Translations under genes and position numbers: made by a program
Notes under the pieces: model-generated
Database searches by the model: none
What the model saw: only the letters and a program-made list of their open reading frames with translations
Told to the model about the DNA's origin: nothing
Origin: an uncultured Ruminococcus sp.
GTDB lineage: Bacteria; Bacillota; Clostridia; Oscillospirales; CAG-382
Reading direction: 5' to 3'
DNA length: 47,264 nt
Assembly (NCBI GenBank): GCA_964403645.1
Contig: CAYOGQ010000002.1
Coordinates: 1 to 47,264, forward strand
Shown here: piece by piece, positions 16,112 to 24,865 of the stretch
How the letters are laid out: the number at the start of each line of letters is the position of its first letter
Position numbering within the stretch: the stretch's first letter is position 1

Positions 16112-16912
16112 TTAAATAAGCGGACTGCCTTCTGTGGCGTACCAGAGCGCGTCCATTTCCCTGTTGCTTTTTAACAGGCAAAGAGTGAACAAAATATACG
16201 CGGCGGCGTCGGAAAGGTAAACGAGCACCGTCTGTAATCCGATTCCCGAAGCGAATAATGCGACAATGTCGAAAGATGCCATAAGGATAGACATGACCGC
16301 CAGCCCCGTGGGCAGTTTTCCGGCAAACCTGCCGCTGCGGATGGTTTTTATAATACGCCCCAACGCCTTTAATATCCACAAATATAAAAGCACGAGCACC
16401 GCTATCACTACGGCGATAATAACGCCGACCGTAACGATGACCGCCGTATTCGTGTAGTCCAGGTTATAACCTTCAAAATTTAAACGTAAAAAGTTTTCAT
16501 TGACAAACGGGGTGAGGTCGCCGTTTGCCGCGGTTTTTATGTACTGAATAACGATTGCCGCGAAAGCAAAAGCGTAAACGGCGGCGAGGACCCATTCGGT
16601 AATGTAAACAATTTGTATGCCGACAGGTTTTACGCCGTTGTATTTTTTTGTCTTGCAGGACAGGTAAAACGTTAACAGACCAATAAAAATTATCGCTTGC
16701 GGCAACGCGCCGATTATAGCGCCTTTTGTATCAAGGTTTTGCGGCTGCAACGCTTTTATTATATTTATGATCAGATTTACGTCGTACGCCGCTATTGCCG
16801 CGAGGAACAAGCCGCTTTGTCCCAAACGCTTGACGGTGTGTATCGCGGGATTGTCGCCGCACAGTTCCGGGTGCGTGTAACAGTTGTTTTTATAAGGATT
16901 GTCACCGTTCAC
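16112..16912 (-). CDS. Hypothetical polytopic membrane protein
   Basis: 266 aa with about 6 hydrophobic helices. GTG start preceded by AGGAGG. No recognisable family. Confidence 0.6.
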   Translation of the reverse strand: MNGDNPYKNNCYTHPELCGDNPAIHTVKRLGQSGLFLAAIAAYDVNLIINIIKALQPQNLDTKGAIIGALPQAIIFIGLLTFYLSCKTKKYNGVKPVGIQIVYITEWVLAAVYAFAFAAIVIQYIKTAANGDLTPFVNENFLRLNFEGYNLDYTNTAVIVTVGVIIAVVIAVLVLLYLWILKALGRIIKTIRSGRFAGKLPTGLAVMSILMASFDIVALFASGIGLQTVLVYLSDAAAYILFTLCLLKSNREMDALWYATEGSPLI

Positions 16913-16940
16913 GATAGTTCGCCTCCTATGATATTGTTGG

Positions 16941-16980
16941 CACTAAGACAAGAGGCCTCCGTTTTTACGCGGAGGCCTTT
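16941..16980 (-). terminator. Hairpin terminator after the 454-aa surface-protein gene
   Basis: AGGCCTCCG / CGGAGGCCT 9-bp stem, T-rich on both flanks. Confidence 0.65.
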
Positions 16981-16996
16981 ATTCTTTGTAATTGGT

Positions 16997-18361
16997 TTAT
17001 TTCCTCTTAATGACTGCGGTTCCCGCAAGAGCCAGAACAGAGATGATCGCCAAGGCTATAATACCCGCGTCGCCGGTTTCGGGGGTGTCGGTTTCGCTGG
17101 ATTCGGTCGTCTCCACAGAGGATTCTTCTACAGGTTCGGGAACGTACTCAAACGCGCCGATTTCGGAAGCCCAGACATGGCTGGTCCCGGTGTAGTCCAC
17201 GCGGAGATACTTCATCGCCACGGGTTCGTCCAGGGTCAGGGTGAAGAGATAACCCGAGAATTCTCCGGCGGAGAGGGCTTCGGCGTTAGCTTTTTCCACT
17301 GTGCCGAGGAGGGTGTAATCGGTGCCGTTTGTCGAATAGTAGTAAGCTATGCTTTCCGGTTCAGAAATTCCCCATGCGCCGTACCAGAGGTCGGCTGCGA
17401 CTTTGCTGATGGAAACTTCTTTGCCTAAATCGACCGCGATGGAGCCGGTGGGGCTGTCAAGCGCGCCGATTCCGTTGGAACCGGTATCGGACCAGAAGCC
17501 GTCGGTCATCTTGGTGAAGTCAGGGTCGCCGTAACCGTCATTACGGACGGTGCCGGAGACTACTTCGTAAGAGCATTCGAGAGCGGCGTCCACCCAAGGA
17601 TTATACTCTTCGGGTTCGCTGGTCTCTTCGGAGTTTTCGGTAGGTTCCCAAACGCTGCCGACGGGAGCGGTGAATATGGCGTCGCGCACGCAGGGATCCC
17701 AATAGTGGTTCCTGCCGTTGCCCGCGAAGGAGTATTTGACGTATTTCGCATCGTCCGAAACAGTGCCGCTGATTACGAAATAAGCTTCGGAATATTCGGT
17801 TGTGCCGTCGCCGTTGGCCGGATGAATGTCGGTGGCTTCATAACCGGTCATGCCGGAAACGAGAGCTTCCTCGGCGGGGAGTATGTCGGAGTCCACTTCG
17901 GTCCAGGTTTCGCCGTCGGCGGATTCCAACAGTTTGCACCATTGAACCAGCTCATGGCCGTCGGCGGAGCAGGGAAGGTTGACGCCGGAGGGCGACGAGT
18001 TGCCTATGCAGTGTAAAAAGCCGATTTCAACCTTGGTGCCGCCGAAAACGTCGAAAGCCAGTTCGAAAGCCTGGGTGGCGTTAACGGTCCAAACAGTGGC
18101 GGGCGACCAGTATGTATTGGTTATCTTATTTTGGTTGTCCTGTTGTTTGATGATCCAGTTGGAAGAAAGTTCTTTGACGATATAGCTGTCGTTGGTGGTG
18201 ACTTTGTTCACGGTAATCTCGTTGCCGTCCTGTACCCAGCATACCCAGGTTCTGACGTTTTCCTCGCCGGTGTAAACGTCTACGTCGTCGGCGGCGAAAG
18301 CGACTGTCGAAAGCGTGATAACGAGTAAGACGGAAAGGATTAAAATTAATGTCTTTTTCAC
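16997..18361 (-). CDS. Secreted, probably wall-anchored protein with discoidin (F5/8 type C)-like jelly-roll modules
   Basis: 454 aa with signal peptide (...STVAFA/AD). The C-terminal module carries MTDGFW...HVWASEIGAFE. The C-terminus has TPETG plus a hydrophobic helix plus KRK, resembling a sortase sorting signal. GTG start after AGGAGG. Confidence 0.7.
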   Translation of the reverse strand: MKKTLILILSVLLVITLSTVAFAADDVDVYTGEENVRTWVCWVQDGNEITVNKVTTNDSYIVKELSSNWIIKQQDNQNKITNTYWSPATVWTVNATQAFELAFDVFGGTKVEIGFLHCIGNSSPSGVNLPCSADGHELVQWCKLLESADGETWTEVDSDILPAEEALVSGMTGYEATDIHPANGDGTTEYSEAYFVISGTVSDDAKYVKYSFAGNGRNHYWDPCVRDAIFTAPVGSVWEPTENSEETSEPEEYNPWVDAALECSYEVVSGTVRNDGYGDPDFTKMTDGFWSDTGSNGIGALDSPTGSIAVDLGKEVSISKVAADLWYGAWGISEPESIAYYYSTNGTDYTLLGTVEKANAEALSAGEFSGYLFTLTLDEPVAMKYLRVDYTGTSHVWASEIGAFEYVPEPVEESSVETTESSETDTPETGDAGIIALAIISVLALAGTAVIKRK

Positions 18362-18391
18362 TTTTTAAAACCTCCTTAGTTTCTGCGTTGA

Positions 18392-18420
18392 ATTATATCA
18401 TTTTAACTTTAAATAGTCAA
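18392..18420 (-). promoter_or_regulatory. Consensus sigma-A promoter (TTGACT, 17 nt, TGaTATAAT) for the 454-aa gene
   Basis: On the minus strand, -35 is at 18420-18415 and -10 at 18397-18392, with TG two bases upstream of the -10. Confidence 0.8.
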
Positions 18421-18469
18421 TGCTTTGCGAAAAACGCTTCAAATATAGCACAATGCTCAATTTTAGGTT

Positions 18470-21079
18470 TTAATTTTTGTGCACATTTACAGTGAAAATG
18501 ACTTCCTTAGTTATTATTCCAGCGGATATTTCCACGGTAAAAGTATCGGTGCCGATAAAATTCTCCATTGGGGTGTATATGATTTTTCCGTCGCCGCTTA
18601 CCGCAACGCGCCCGTATTTGGCGCATTTGGAAACCGCCGCGGAAAACGGAGTTTCGCCCTCAAGAGTTATCTGCCCTTTATATTGGGTACCGGTAACGGC
18701 GTCGAACGCTGTTTCGGAGACTTTTAATCCGGAAACTTCGAGCTTACTCTTCGCATATTTATACGTCATGTCATAAATTTCCCTTATATAAGGGTTTTCC
18801 GATTTATAAGCGGCGTAAAACACTCCGGGACCGGCGTCCTGATAGTACATTTTAATGGAATTCATATAACCGCATTCCGCACCCACGCGGAGGTATGCCA
18901 TGTACCTGTCGTGGTATTCCGCCGTGGTAAGCGCGGTACCGGAAATCTCGATCTCGACGCCCATACCGTAAAGCTTGGCGAGCGTCGCGTTGTCGTAGAG
19001 CACCTGTTCGGTCCTTTCGGCGTTGAACATGTAGTTCGGCTGCATATTTGCCGCGTCGAACCCCAGCTTTTCCCATTGGGTATAGCCTGACGCCTGGAAA
19101 TATGGAATCCATATCGCCAGATACCCCAGCGAGTGGATATAATCCAGGGCGTAGAGCAGGGTTTCCTTGTTCAGTTGATTTGCGAGATCGAGCGCTTCGT
19201 CGTACCAGTAAAAGCCCACCAGTTTTTGATTGGCGAATGCGAACGAATCGTATTTGTCTATCTGGCGGTCTATCCACCATTTGACAACCGCCTTGCGGTC
19301 GGCAAGGACCGACATATCCTCGCTTTTGCCGTCCCCGTTGATATCGCCGAAAGCTTTGCATTTGACGTCGGGATTGAAAACGGAAAGGAACACCTTAACC
19401 TGATAGCCGCCGTCGCCGAGCGCGTTTTTGACCTCCCCGACCGCTTCTTCAAGGGCGCGGACATTGGCGTTTTCATAAAACACGTCGTTTTCGTAATCCA
19501 GCCAGTCGGTCATCACCGAAGGCGTGTCGGAGCCCGAATACAGCCGTCCGCCCGAAGGACAGACGGTCATGCAGGGCAGGTAAAGGTAAGCGTCGAAGAA
19601 ATAGTCCGAAAGCACGCCGTCGTTGCCGTAATAACCGACATAAGGCAGGTAACCCGCTTTCGTGGTCCGCCCCACCGCGACATTTTCTGTCTTGTAGTTA
19701 TACGCGAGCAGAATGTTTTCGCAGCCGGCAAGACTATCCGGGGAGGGGTAGCCCTTGTCAAAATCGGCGTTCTGGTCGGGTTTTGGCGTCTTGGCGGAGG
19801 CGGTCACCTCTTTGGTGCCCCAAACCTCAAATTCGTCCAGCCAGATATGCGACGAAACGGTGAGCGCGAACTTCACGAACCGCGCTTTGTACGCGGCTGC
19901 AAAATCCAAAGATATGTCAGCTCTCGTATTTACGGCGTTGGGGAATTCGGCGGCGGTCTTGTAAATCACGGTCTGCCAGACAAGTCCGTCTTCCGAAAGC
20001 AGGACGGCAATGCTGTCGGGGTAGGATATGCCGTATTCCGAAAAGACATAAGCGCCCACAACCGCTTTGGAAATTTCGGAAAGTCTGCCGAGGTCGTACA
20101 CGAAATAGCGCTTCACGCCTTTTGTTATATGGAAATAAGCGGTGTCGGCGTAATTCGATCCGCCGCGTTTGCCGTCGGTGAGCACCGCCGAAGCGGCGGG
20201 GGTGTTGTAATATTCCGTACGGACCGCGTCGTCCAGATTGATTTCGGTGTAAACTCTTTGCCCCAGCCCCGATAACAGGTTTTGGTGCTCGGTATAATCG
20301 GTTTCCGAAGCCTCCCAATAGGAAGGCACGACGTTTTCGGGCATGGGTTCGTTGATATAATAATCGCTTGTTTTATCCGCGACGGAAATCCGGTACACTC
20401 TGACGGCGTCGATAAGCGTCCACTGCGATATGAAATCGGTGAGGACCAGCTTGACATAAGCCGCGTCGAAGCCTTTTTGCGTATAAGCGGAAAGCGTGTA
20501 GATGCAGCTTGCGCCCAGTACCTCCGGATATTTCACCGCTGCCGCGATACGTGTGTATTCCTCGCCGTCGTTTGAAATCCACAGCTCGCAGGTTTTGGGT
20601 ATGTTATCGCCGGCATTCACGTCGTAGCGAGCGTTTATGGAAAATCCTCCGAGGTTGGTTTTAAGTCCGCCGAGATTGACGGTTATTTCGATATCGTTCC
20701 TGCCCAAAAAGCCTACCCATTTATCGGTTTCGTTAAGCACCGCGTCGTCATTGTCGGTGAGCTTTTTCCCGTCGTCCGGATAATGCTTATACGATTCCAA
20801 ATTGATCGTATATGCGTTGCCGTCAATAATATTGACATAAGCGTATTCGGCGGGAAGGTCGTATTTCAACGCGGCGTCGATTGCCTGCGCTCCGGCGGGT
20901 ATTTCGGCGGCTGAGCTTTCCTCGGACGCGTTCCCGCTTTCGTCCGGCTGCGATTCGGCGTCCGATTTATCGCCGCCGCTCTCCGCGCAGGAGGCGAAGG
21001 ACGTCAGGATGAAAAGGAACGCAAGTATTAACGAGGTGTATTTTTTGAGCATTTTTAACATATATATCCGTCTTTTCAA
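18470..21079 (-). CDS. Lipoprotein with two discoidin-like modules, a DUF4855-type core and a C-terminal Ig-like domain
   Basis: 869 aa with lipobox LTSFASC. LTDN/LTDG...HIWLDEFEVWG modules. The core (ILLAYNY..., YFFDAYLYLP, INGDGKSED, VKWWIDRQ, VGFYWYDEA) is homologous to the ORF at 46088. The start is uncertain (TTG 21079, ATG 21061 or 21052). Confidence 0.75.
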   Translation of the reverse strand: MKRRIYMLKMLKKYTSLILAFLFILTSFASCAESGGDKSDAESQPDESGNASEESSAAEIPAGAQAIDAALKYDLPAEYAYVNIIDGNAYTINLESYKHYPDDGKKLTDNDDAVLNETDKWVGFLGRNDIEITVNLGGLKTNLGGFSINARYDVNAGDNIPKTCELWISNDGEEYTRIAAAVKYPEVLGASCIYTLSAYTQKGFDAAYVKLVLTDFISQWTLIDAVRVYRISVADKTSDYYINEPMPENVVPSYWEASETDYTEHQNLLSGLGQRVYTEINLDDAVRTEYYNTPAASAVLTDGKRGGSNYADTAYFHITKGVKRYFVYDLGRLSEISKAVVGAYVFSEYGISYPDSIAVLLSEDGLVWQTVIYKTAAEFPNAVNTRADISLDFAAAYKARFVKFALTVSSHIWLDEFEVWGTKEVTASAKTPKPDQNADFDKGYPSPDSLAGCENILLAYNYKTENVAVGRTTKAGYLPYVGYYGNDGVLSDYFFDAYLYLPCMTVCPSGGRLYSGSDTPSVMTDWLDYENDVFYENANVRALEEAVGEVKNALGDGGYQVKVFLSVFNPDVKCKAFGDINGDGKSEDMSVLADRKAVVKWWIDRQIDKYDSFAFANQKLVGFYWYDEALDLANQLNKETLLYALDYIHSLGYLAIWIPYFQASGYTQWEKLGFDAANMQPNYMFNAERTEQVLYDNATLAKLYGMGVEIEISGTALTTAEYHDRYMAYLRVGAECGYMNSIKMYYQDAGPGVFYAAYKSENPYIREIYDMTYKYAKSKLEVSGLKVSETAFDAVTGTQYKGQITLEGETPFSAAVSKCAKYGRVAVSGDGKIIYTPMENFIGTDTFTVEISAGIITKEVIFTVNVHKN

Positions 21080-21082
21080 TTA

Positions 21083-22633
21083 TTAACTGTTTTCGATAGC
21101 CGCCACGGCTTTGTCAATCGCCGTTTGGTAGGTGCTTTCCATCTGTTCGTAAAAGGAAACGATGGCGTTTTCGGTCTTTTTAGCCAAAAGGGAGGTATAA
21201 AACTGCATCATTATGGAGTTGCCGGTGCCGAAATTATACACAGTTGCCATGTCATAGGTGCGGTTTCTGAAAATCAGATCGAGCATCTTTTCGGATTCCT
21301 CGTCTTTCACCTTCTGCCCTTTGATAACCTTTTCATAATAAGCGGGGTTTATCAGTTTCTGCCCGTAATAAGCGAGCGCTTCGAGGGCAAAAAAGGTGCA
21401 TTCCAGATTATCGGTGTTGGACAAGGGCACCGCCACCACTTTAAGCCAGTAAACCGTGCCGGAGGAGGAATAATCCTCCTGGGTGGTATCGTACTTGGGC
21501 ATCGGTACTATGCCGAAATTCACTTCGGATTCGTTGAGCGGTGCGGCGCTCATGGTGCTGACGCCGTTCGGCATGAACAGAGCGTTCCCGTTGGAGAAAA
21601 TCTGAACTTCCTGCGTGTAAACCCCGGAAGTCCAGGAACCGAAGAAATCCGCTACGCCGATGTTGTTCATATCGGTGAGTATAGTGAATATCTTTCCGAA
21701 AGCGTTGACGTTGGCTTCGTCCATGACGCGCATTTCGGGCATGTCGTCGACGTTCTTTTTCACCATGGTCTGCTGACAGCCGAGCATGAACATCAGCCCG
21801 TCGTACGTCTGGGAAACCATGCCCCAAACATCCTCGTCTTCGGGTTTATAAGACATGGCTTCGCCGTGTTTCAGGGTTACGACTTTTGCCATATCGTACA
21901 TTTTATCCAGCGTCCACTCGTTGTTCTTCACCAGTTCGTACGGATTGTCAAGGCCGTAATGGTCGATTAGGTCCTTGTTGAAGTACATCGCCCAGGTCGC
22001 TTCGTCGTCCGAAACGCAGATATCGCCGGTGAGGAAATAAAGCTTGTTGCCGATGGAGAGGTCGCGTATGGCGGTTTGGTCCCACCAGGAAGCGTCGAAC
22101 TGTATGTAGCCTTTGCCGTCGTTAAACGCGGCGTTTTCTTCTTTCAGGTCAAAATACCATCCGTTGAGCGTTGCGGGGGCGATAGAATAAGCGCCGTCCG
22201 CCACCAGGTCGAGCGCCAGACCGCCGTTTATGGCTTTTTCGACTTCCGCGACGGTCCCGCCCAGTTTGTCGGTATAACTAATGGCTATTTCTATGCCGTA
22301 TTTTTCCTTAATCTTATTTGTACGGTCCACCACCGCGGTGACGACCACGTCTTCGTGGGTTTCGTCCCACCAGAATTCGAATTCTTCATAATGCTTGTTC
22401 TTGTTGACGAGCATCGTCAGGGTCGTGCCCCAGTATTTGTCCGGCAAAAGCAGCGGTTCTTCGTCAACGGCCACCTCCGAGGTCGTATCGGCGGGGACCG
22501 ATTCGTCGGTGACGGATTCCTGCGACTGCGGCGGCGCGGACGAATTATCTCCGTTTTCGTTCCCGCAGGAGACGGCAAGCAGACTTACGGTTAAGAGAGC
22601 GAGCGCGATGGCAATAAGTTTTTTCAGTTTCAT
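21083..22633 (-). CDS. Extracellular solute-binding lipoprotein (family-1 SBP), tandem copy 1
   Basis: The ATG at 22633 follows AGGAGG. Lipobox LLAVSC/G. About nine in ten residues are identical to the next gene. The listed 22669 start adds 12 unlikely residues. Confidence 0.85.
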   Translation of the reverse strand: MKLKKLIAIALALLTVSLLAVSCGNENGDNSSAPPQSQESVTDESVPADTTSEVAVDEEPLLLPDKYWGTTLTMLVNKNKHYEEFEFWWDETHEDVVVTAVVDRTNKIKEKYGIEIAISYTDKLGGTVAEVEKAINGGLALDLVADGAYSIAPATLNGWYFDLKEENAAFNDGKGYIQFDASWWDQTAIRDLSIGNKLYFLTGDICVSDDEATWAMYFNKDLIDHYGLDNPYELVKNNEWTLDKMYDMAKVVTLKHGEAMSYKPEDEDVWGMVSQTYDGLMFMLGCQQTMVKKNVDDMPEMRVMDEANVNAFGKIFTILTDMNNIGVADFFGSWTSGVYTQEVQIFSNGNALFMPNGVSTMSAAPLNESEVNFGIVPMPKYDTTQEDYSSSGTVYWLKVVAVPLSNTDNLECTFFALEALAYYGQKLINPAYYEKVIKGQKVKDEESEKMLDLIFRNRTYDMATVYNFGTGNSIMMQFYTSLLAKKTENAIVSFYEQMESTYQTAIDKAVAAIENS

Positions 22634-22699
22634 GTCTATCCTCCTGTAATATTTAAAAAATTTATACATTTATTAAGGTATTCATAAAACGTAAGTTTT

Positions 22700-24247
22700 T
22701 TAACTATCCCGGAGAGCCGCCACGGCTTTGTCGATTGCCTCCTGGTAGGTGCTTTCCATCTGTTCGTAAAAAGAAACGATGGCGTTTTCGGTCTTTCTTG
22801 CTAAAAGCGAATAATAAAACTGCGCCATAACGGAGTTTCCGGAACCGAAGTCATACACCGTCGACATATCATAGGTGCGGTTTCTGAAAATCAAGTCGAG
22901 CATCTTTTCGGATTCCTCGTCCTTCACCTTCTGCCCTTTTATAACCTTTTCATAATAAGCGGGGTTGATCAGTTTCTGCCCGTAATAAGCGAGCGCTTCG
23001 AGGGCGAAAAAGGTGCATTCCAGATTATCGGTGTTGGACAAGGGCACCGCCACCACTTTAAACCAATAAACCGTGCCGGAGGAGGAATAATCATCCTGGT
23101 TGACGTCGTACTTGGGCATCGGAACTATGCCGAAATTCACTTCGGATTCGTTGAGCGGTGCCGTGCCCATCAAAGCGACGCTGTACGGCATGAACAGGGC
23201 GTTCCCGTTGGCGAAAATCTGCGTTTCCTGGCCGTAAACTCCGGAATCCCAGGCACCGAAGAAGTCCGCAACGCCGACGTTGTTCGCGTCGTTGAGTATA
23301 GTGAATATCTTTCCGAAAGCGTTGATATTGGTTTCTTCCATGACTCGCATTTCGGGCATGTCGCCGATGTTCTTTTTCACCATGGTCTGCTGGCAGCCGA
23401 GCATGAACATCAGCCCGTCGTAAGCTTGCGAGACCATACCCCAGACGTCCTCGTCTTCGGGTTTAAAGGACATAATTTCGCCGTGCTTTAAAGTGACGAC
23501 TTTTGCCATGTCGTGCATTTTATCCAACGTCCACTCGTTGTTCTTCACCAGTTCGTACGGATTGTCAAGGCCGTAATGGTCGATTAGGTCCTTGTTGAAG
23601 TACATCGCCCAGGTCGCTTCGTCGTCCGAAACGCAGATATCGCCGGTGAGGAAATAAAGCTTGTTGCCGATGGAGAGGTCGCGTATGGCGGTTTGGTCCC
23701 ACCAGGAAGCGTCGAACTGTATGTAACCTTCGCCGTCGTTAAACGTGGCGTTTTCCTCCCTCAGGTCGTAATACCATCCGTTGAGCGTGGCGGGGGCGAG
23801 ATAATATGCGCCGTCCGCCACCAGGTCGAGCGTCAACCCGCCGTTGACGGCTTTTTCGACTTCCGCGACGGTCCCGCCCAGCTTGTCGATATAACTAATT
23901 TCTATGTTTATACCGTATTTTTCTGCGATCGCATTCGTGCGGTCCACGACCGCGGTGACAACCACGTCTTCGTGGGTTTCGTCCCACCAAAATTCAAACT
24001 CTTCATAATATTTGTTTTTATTTACTAGCATCGTCAGGGTCGTGTCCCAGTATTTGTCCGGCAAAAGCAGCGGTTCTTCGTCAACGGCCACCTCCGAGGT
24101 CGTATCGGCGGGGACCGATTCGTCGGTGACGGAATCCTGCGACTGCGGCGGCGCGGAAGAATTATCCCCGTTTTCGCTCCCGCAGGAGACGGCGAGCAGG
24201 CTTACGGTTAAGAGAGCGAGCGCGATGGCGATAATTTTCAATTTCAT
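22700..24247 (-). CDS. Extracellular solute-binding lipoprotein (family-1 SBP), tandem copy 2
   Basis: 515 aa with lipobox LLAVSC/G. It is a paralogue of 21083-22633 with long nucleotide-identical tracts. Confidence 0.85.
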   Translation of the reverse strand: MKLKIIAIALALLTVSLLAVSCGSENGDNSSAPPQSQDSVTDESVPADTTSEVAVDEEPLLLPDKYWDTTLTMLVNKNKYYEEFEFWWDETHEDVVVTAVVDRTNAIAEKYGINIEISYIDKLGGTVAEVEKAVNGGLTLDLVADGAYYLAPATLNGWYYDLREENATFNDGEGYIQFDASWWDQTAIRDLSIGNKLYFLTGDICVSDDEATWAMYFNKDLIDHYGLDNPYELVKNNEWTLDKMHDMAKVVTLKHGEIMSFKPEDEDVWGMVSQAYDGLMFMLGCQQTMVKKNIGDMPEMRVMEETNINAFGKIFTILNDANNVGVADFFGAWDSGVYGQETQIFANGNALFMPYSVALMGTAPLNESEVNFGIVPMPKYDVNQDDYSSSGTVYWFKVVAVPLSNTDNLECTFFALEALAYYGQKLINPAYYEKVIKGQKVKDEESEKMLDLIFRNRTYDMSTVYDFGSGNSVMAQFYYSLLARKTENAIVSFYEQMESTYQEAIDKAVAALRDS

Positions 24248-24288
24248 GTCAATTCCCCTATTATAACGAAAAGTTTACATGATGATTA

Positions 24289-24317
24289 AATATAGCATAG
24301 AATAATCTCATTGTCAA
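24289..24317 (-). promoter_or_regulatory. Consensus sigma-A promoter (TTGACA, 17 nt, TGcTATATT) for the SBP-SBP-DUF4855 unit
   Basis: On the minus strand, -35 is at 24317-24312 and -10 at 24294-24289, with a 17-nt spacer ending in TGC. Confidence 0.8.
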
Positions 24318-24452
24318 TAAAAATTAACACAACCGACAAATTTTTTACAGTTTTTACTTATAATTTTATGGCTTATGACGGCAAGGAAGATACAAAGGGT
24401 GACAAACCCAATGCACATATACTATTTGTCCCGAACGGGCAAAAACATTAAA

Positions 24453-24487
24453 GGATAACGGATAACGGATAACGGGTAACGAGTGAT
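24453..24487. repeat. Heptanucleotide tandem array, (GGATAAC)x3 then GGGTAAC and GAGTGAT
   Basis: Read directly: GGATAACGGATAACGGATAACGGGTAACGAGTGAT. It is intergenic, lying between the feoA terminator and the SBP promoter. Confidence 0.9.
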
Positions 24488-24504
24488 ATGCTTTCTTTTT
24501 CGGT

Positions 24505-24546
24505 ATAAAATTTTTACCCCCGAAAATTTTACGAATTTTCGGGGGT
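24505..24546 (-). terminator. Terminator hairpin after feoA
   Basis: ACCCCCGAAAATT / AATTTTCGGGGGT 13-bp stem. A/T runs on both sides. Confidence 0.75.
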
Positions 24547-24551
24547 AAATA

Positions 24552-24800
24552 TTAAAACGGGCGCACCGCAATAAGCGAGGCGTCCGTTTTTCTTACGGCT
24601 ATCACCGCGTTGCCGACCAGATATGCCGACGGGTCCCCCAAGGGCGAAACCCCCGTCTTTTCGATTACCGCGCCCTTTGTAAAGCCAAGGTCCCTCAAAC
24701 GGTTTCCCGCTCTGCCCACGGAGGGCATTTCGGTTATGACTCCCCTGCCGCCCACGGGCAATTCGGGCAGTTTTATGTCATGGTAACGGTCAAAGCGCAT
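24552..24800 (-). CDS. feoA: FeoA-domain protein
   Basis: Pattern GVITEM...RLRDLGFTKGAVIE...GDPSAYLVGNAVIAVRKTDASLIAV fits FeoA. The ATG at 24800 follows a GGAGG-containing stretch; the listed GTG at 24812 abuts the RBS. No feoB in the window. Confidence 0.75.
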   Translation of the reverse strand: MRFDRYHDIKLPELPVGGRGVITEMPSVGRAGNRLRDLGFTKGAVIEKTGVSPLGDPSAYLVGNAVIAVRKTDASLIAVRPF

Positions 24801-24865
24801 GGTTTTCCGCACCTCCCCATTCCATTGTATGGGAGATGCGTCAAGCGGGTTAATTTAATTTTTTA

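Noticed and set aside
24453-24487. The heptamer arrays (here and at 37610-37665) as CRISPR arrays or as DnaA-box clusters/oriC.
   Set aside because: The units are 7 nt with no spacers, so they are not CRISPR. GTTATCC shares only TTATCC with the DnaA box TTATCCACA, and there is no dnaA/dnaN context or AT-rich unwinding element.
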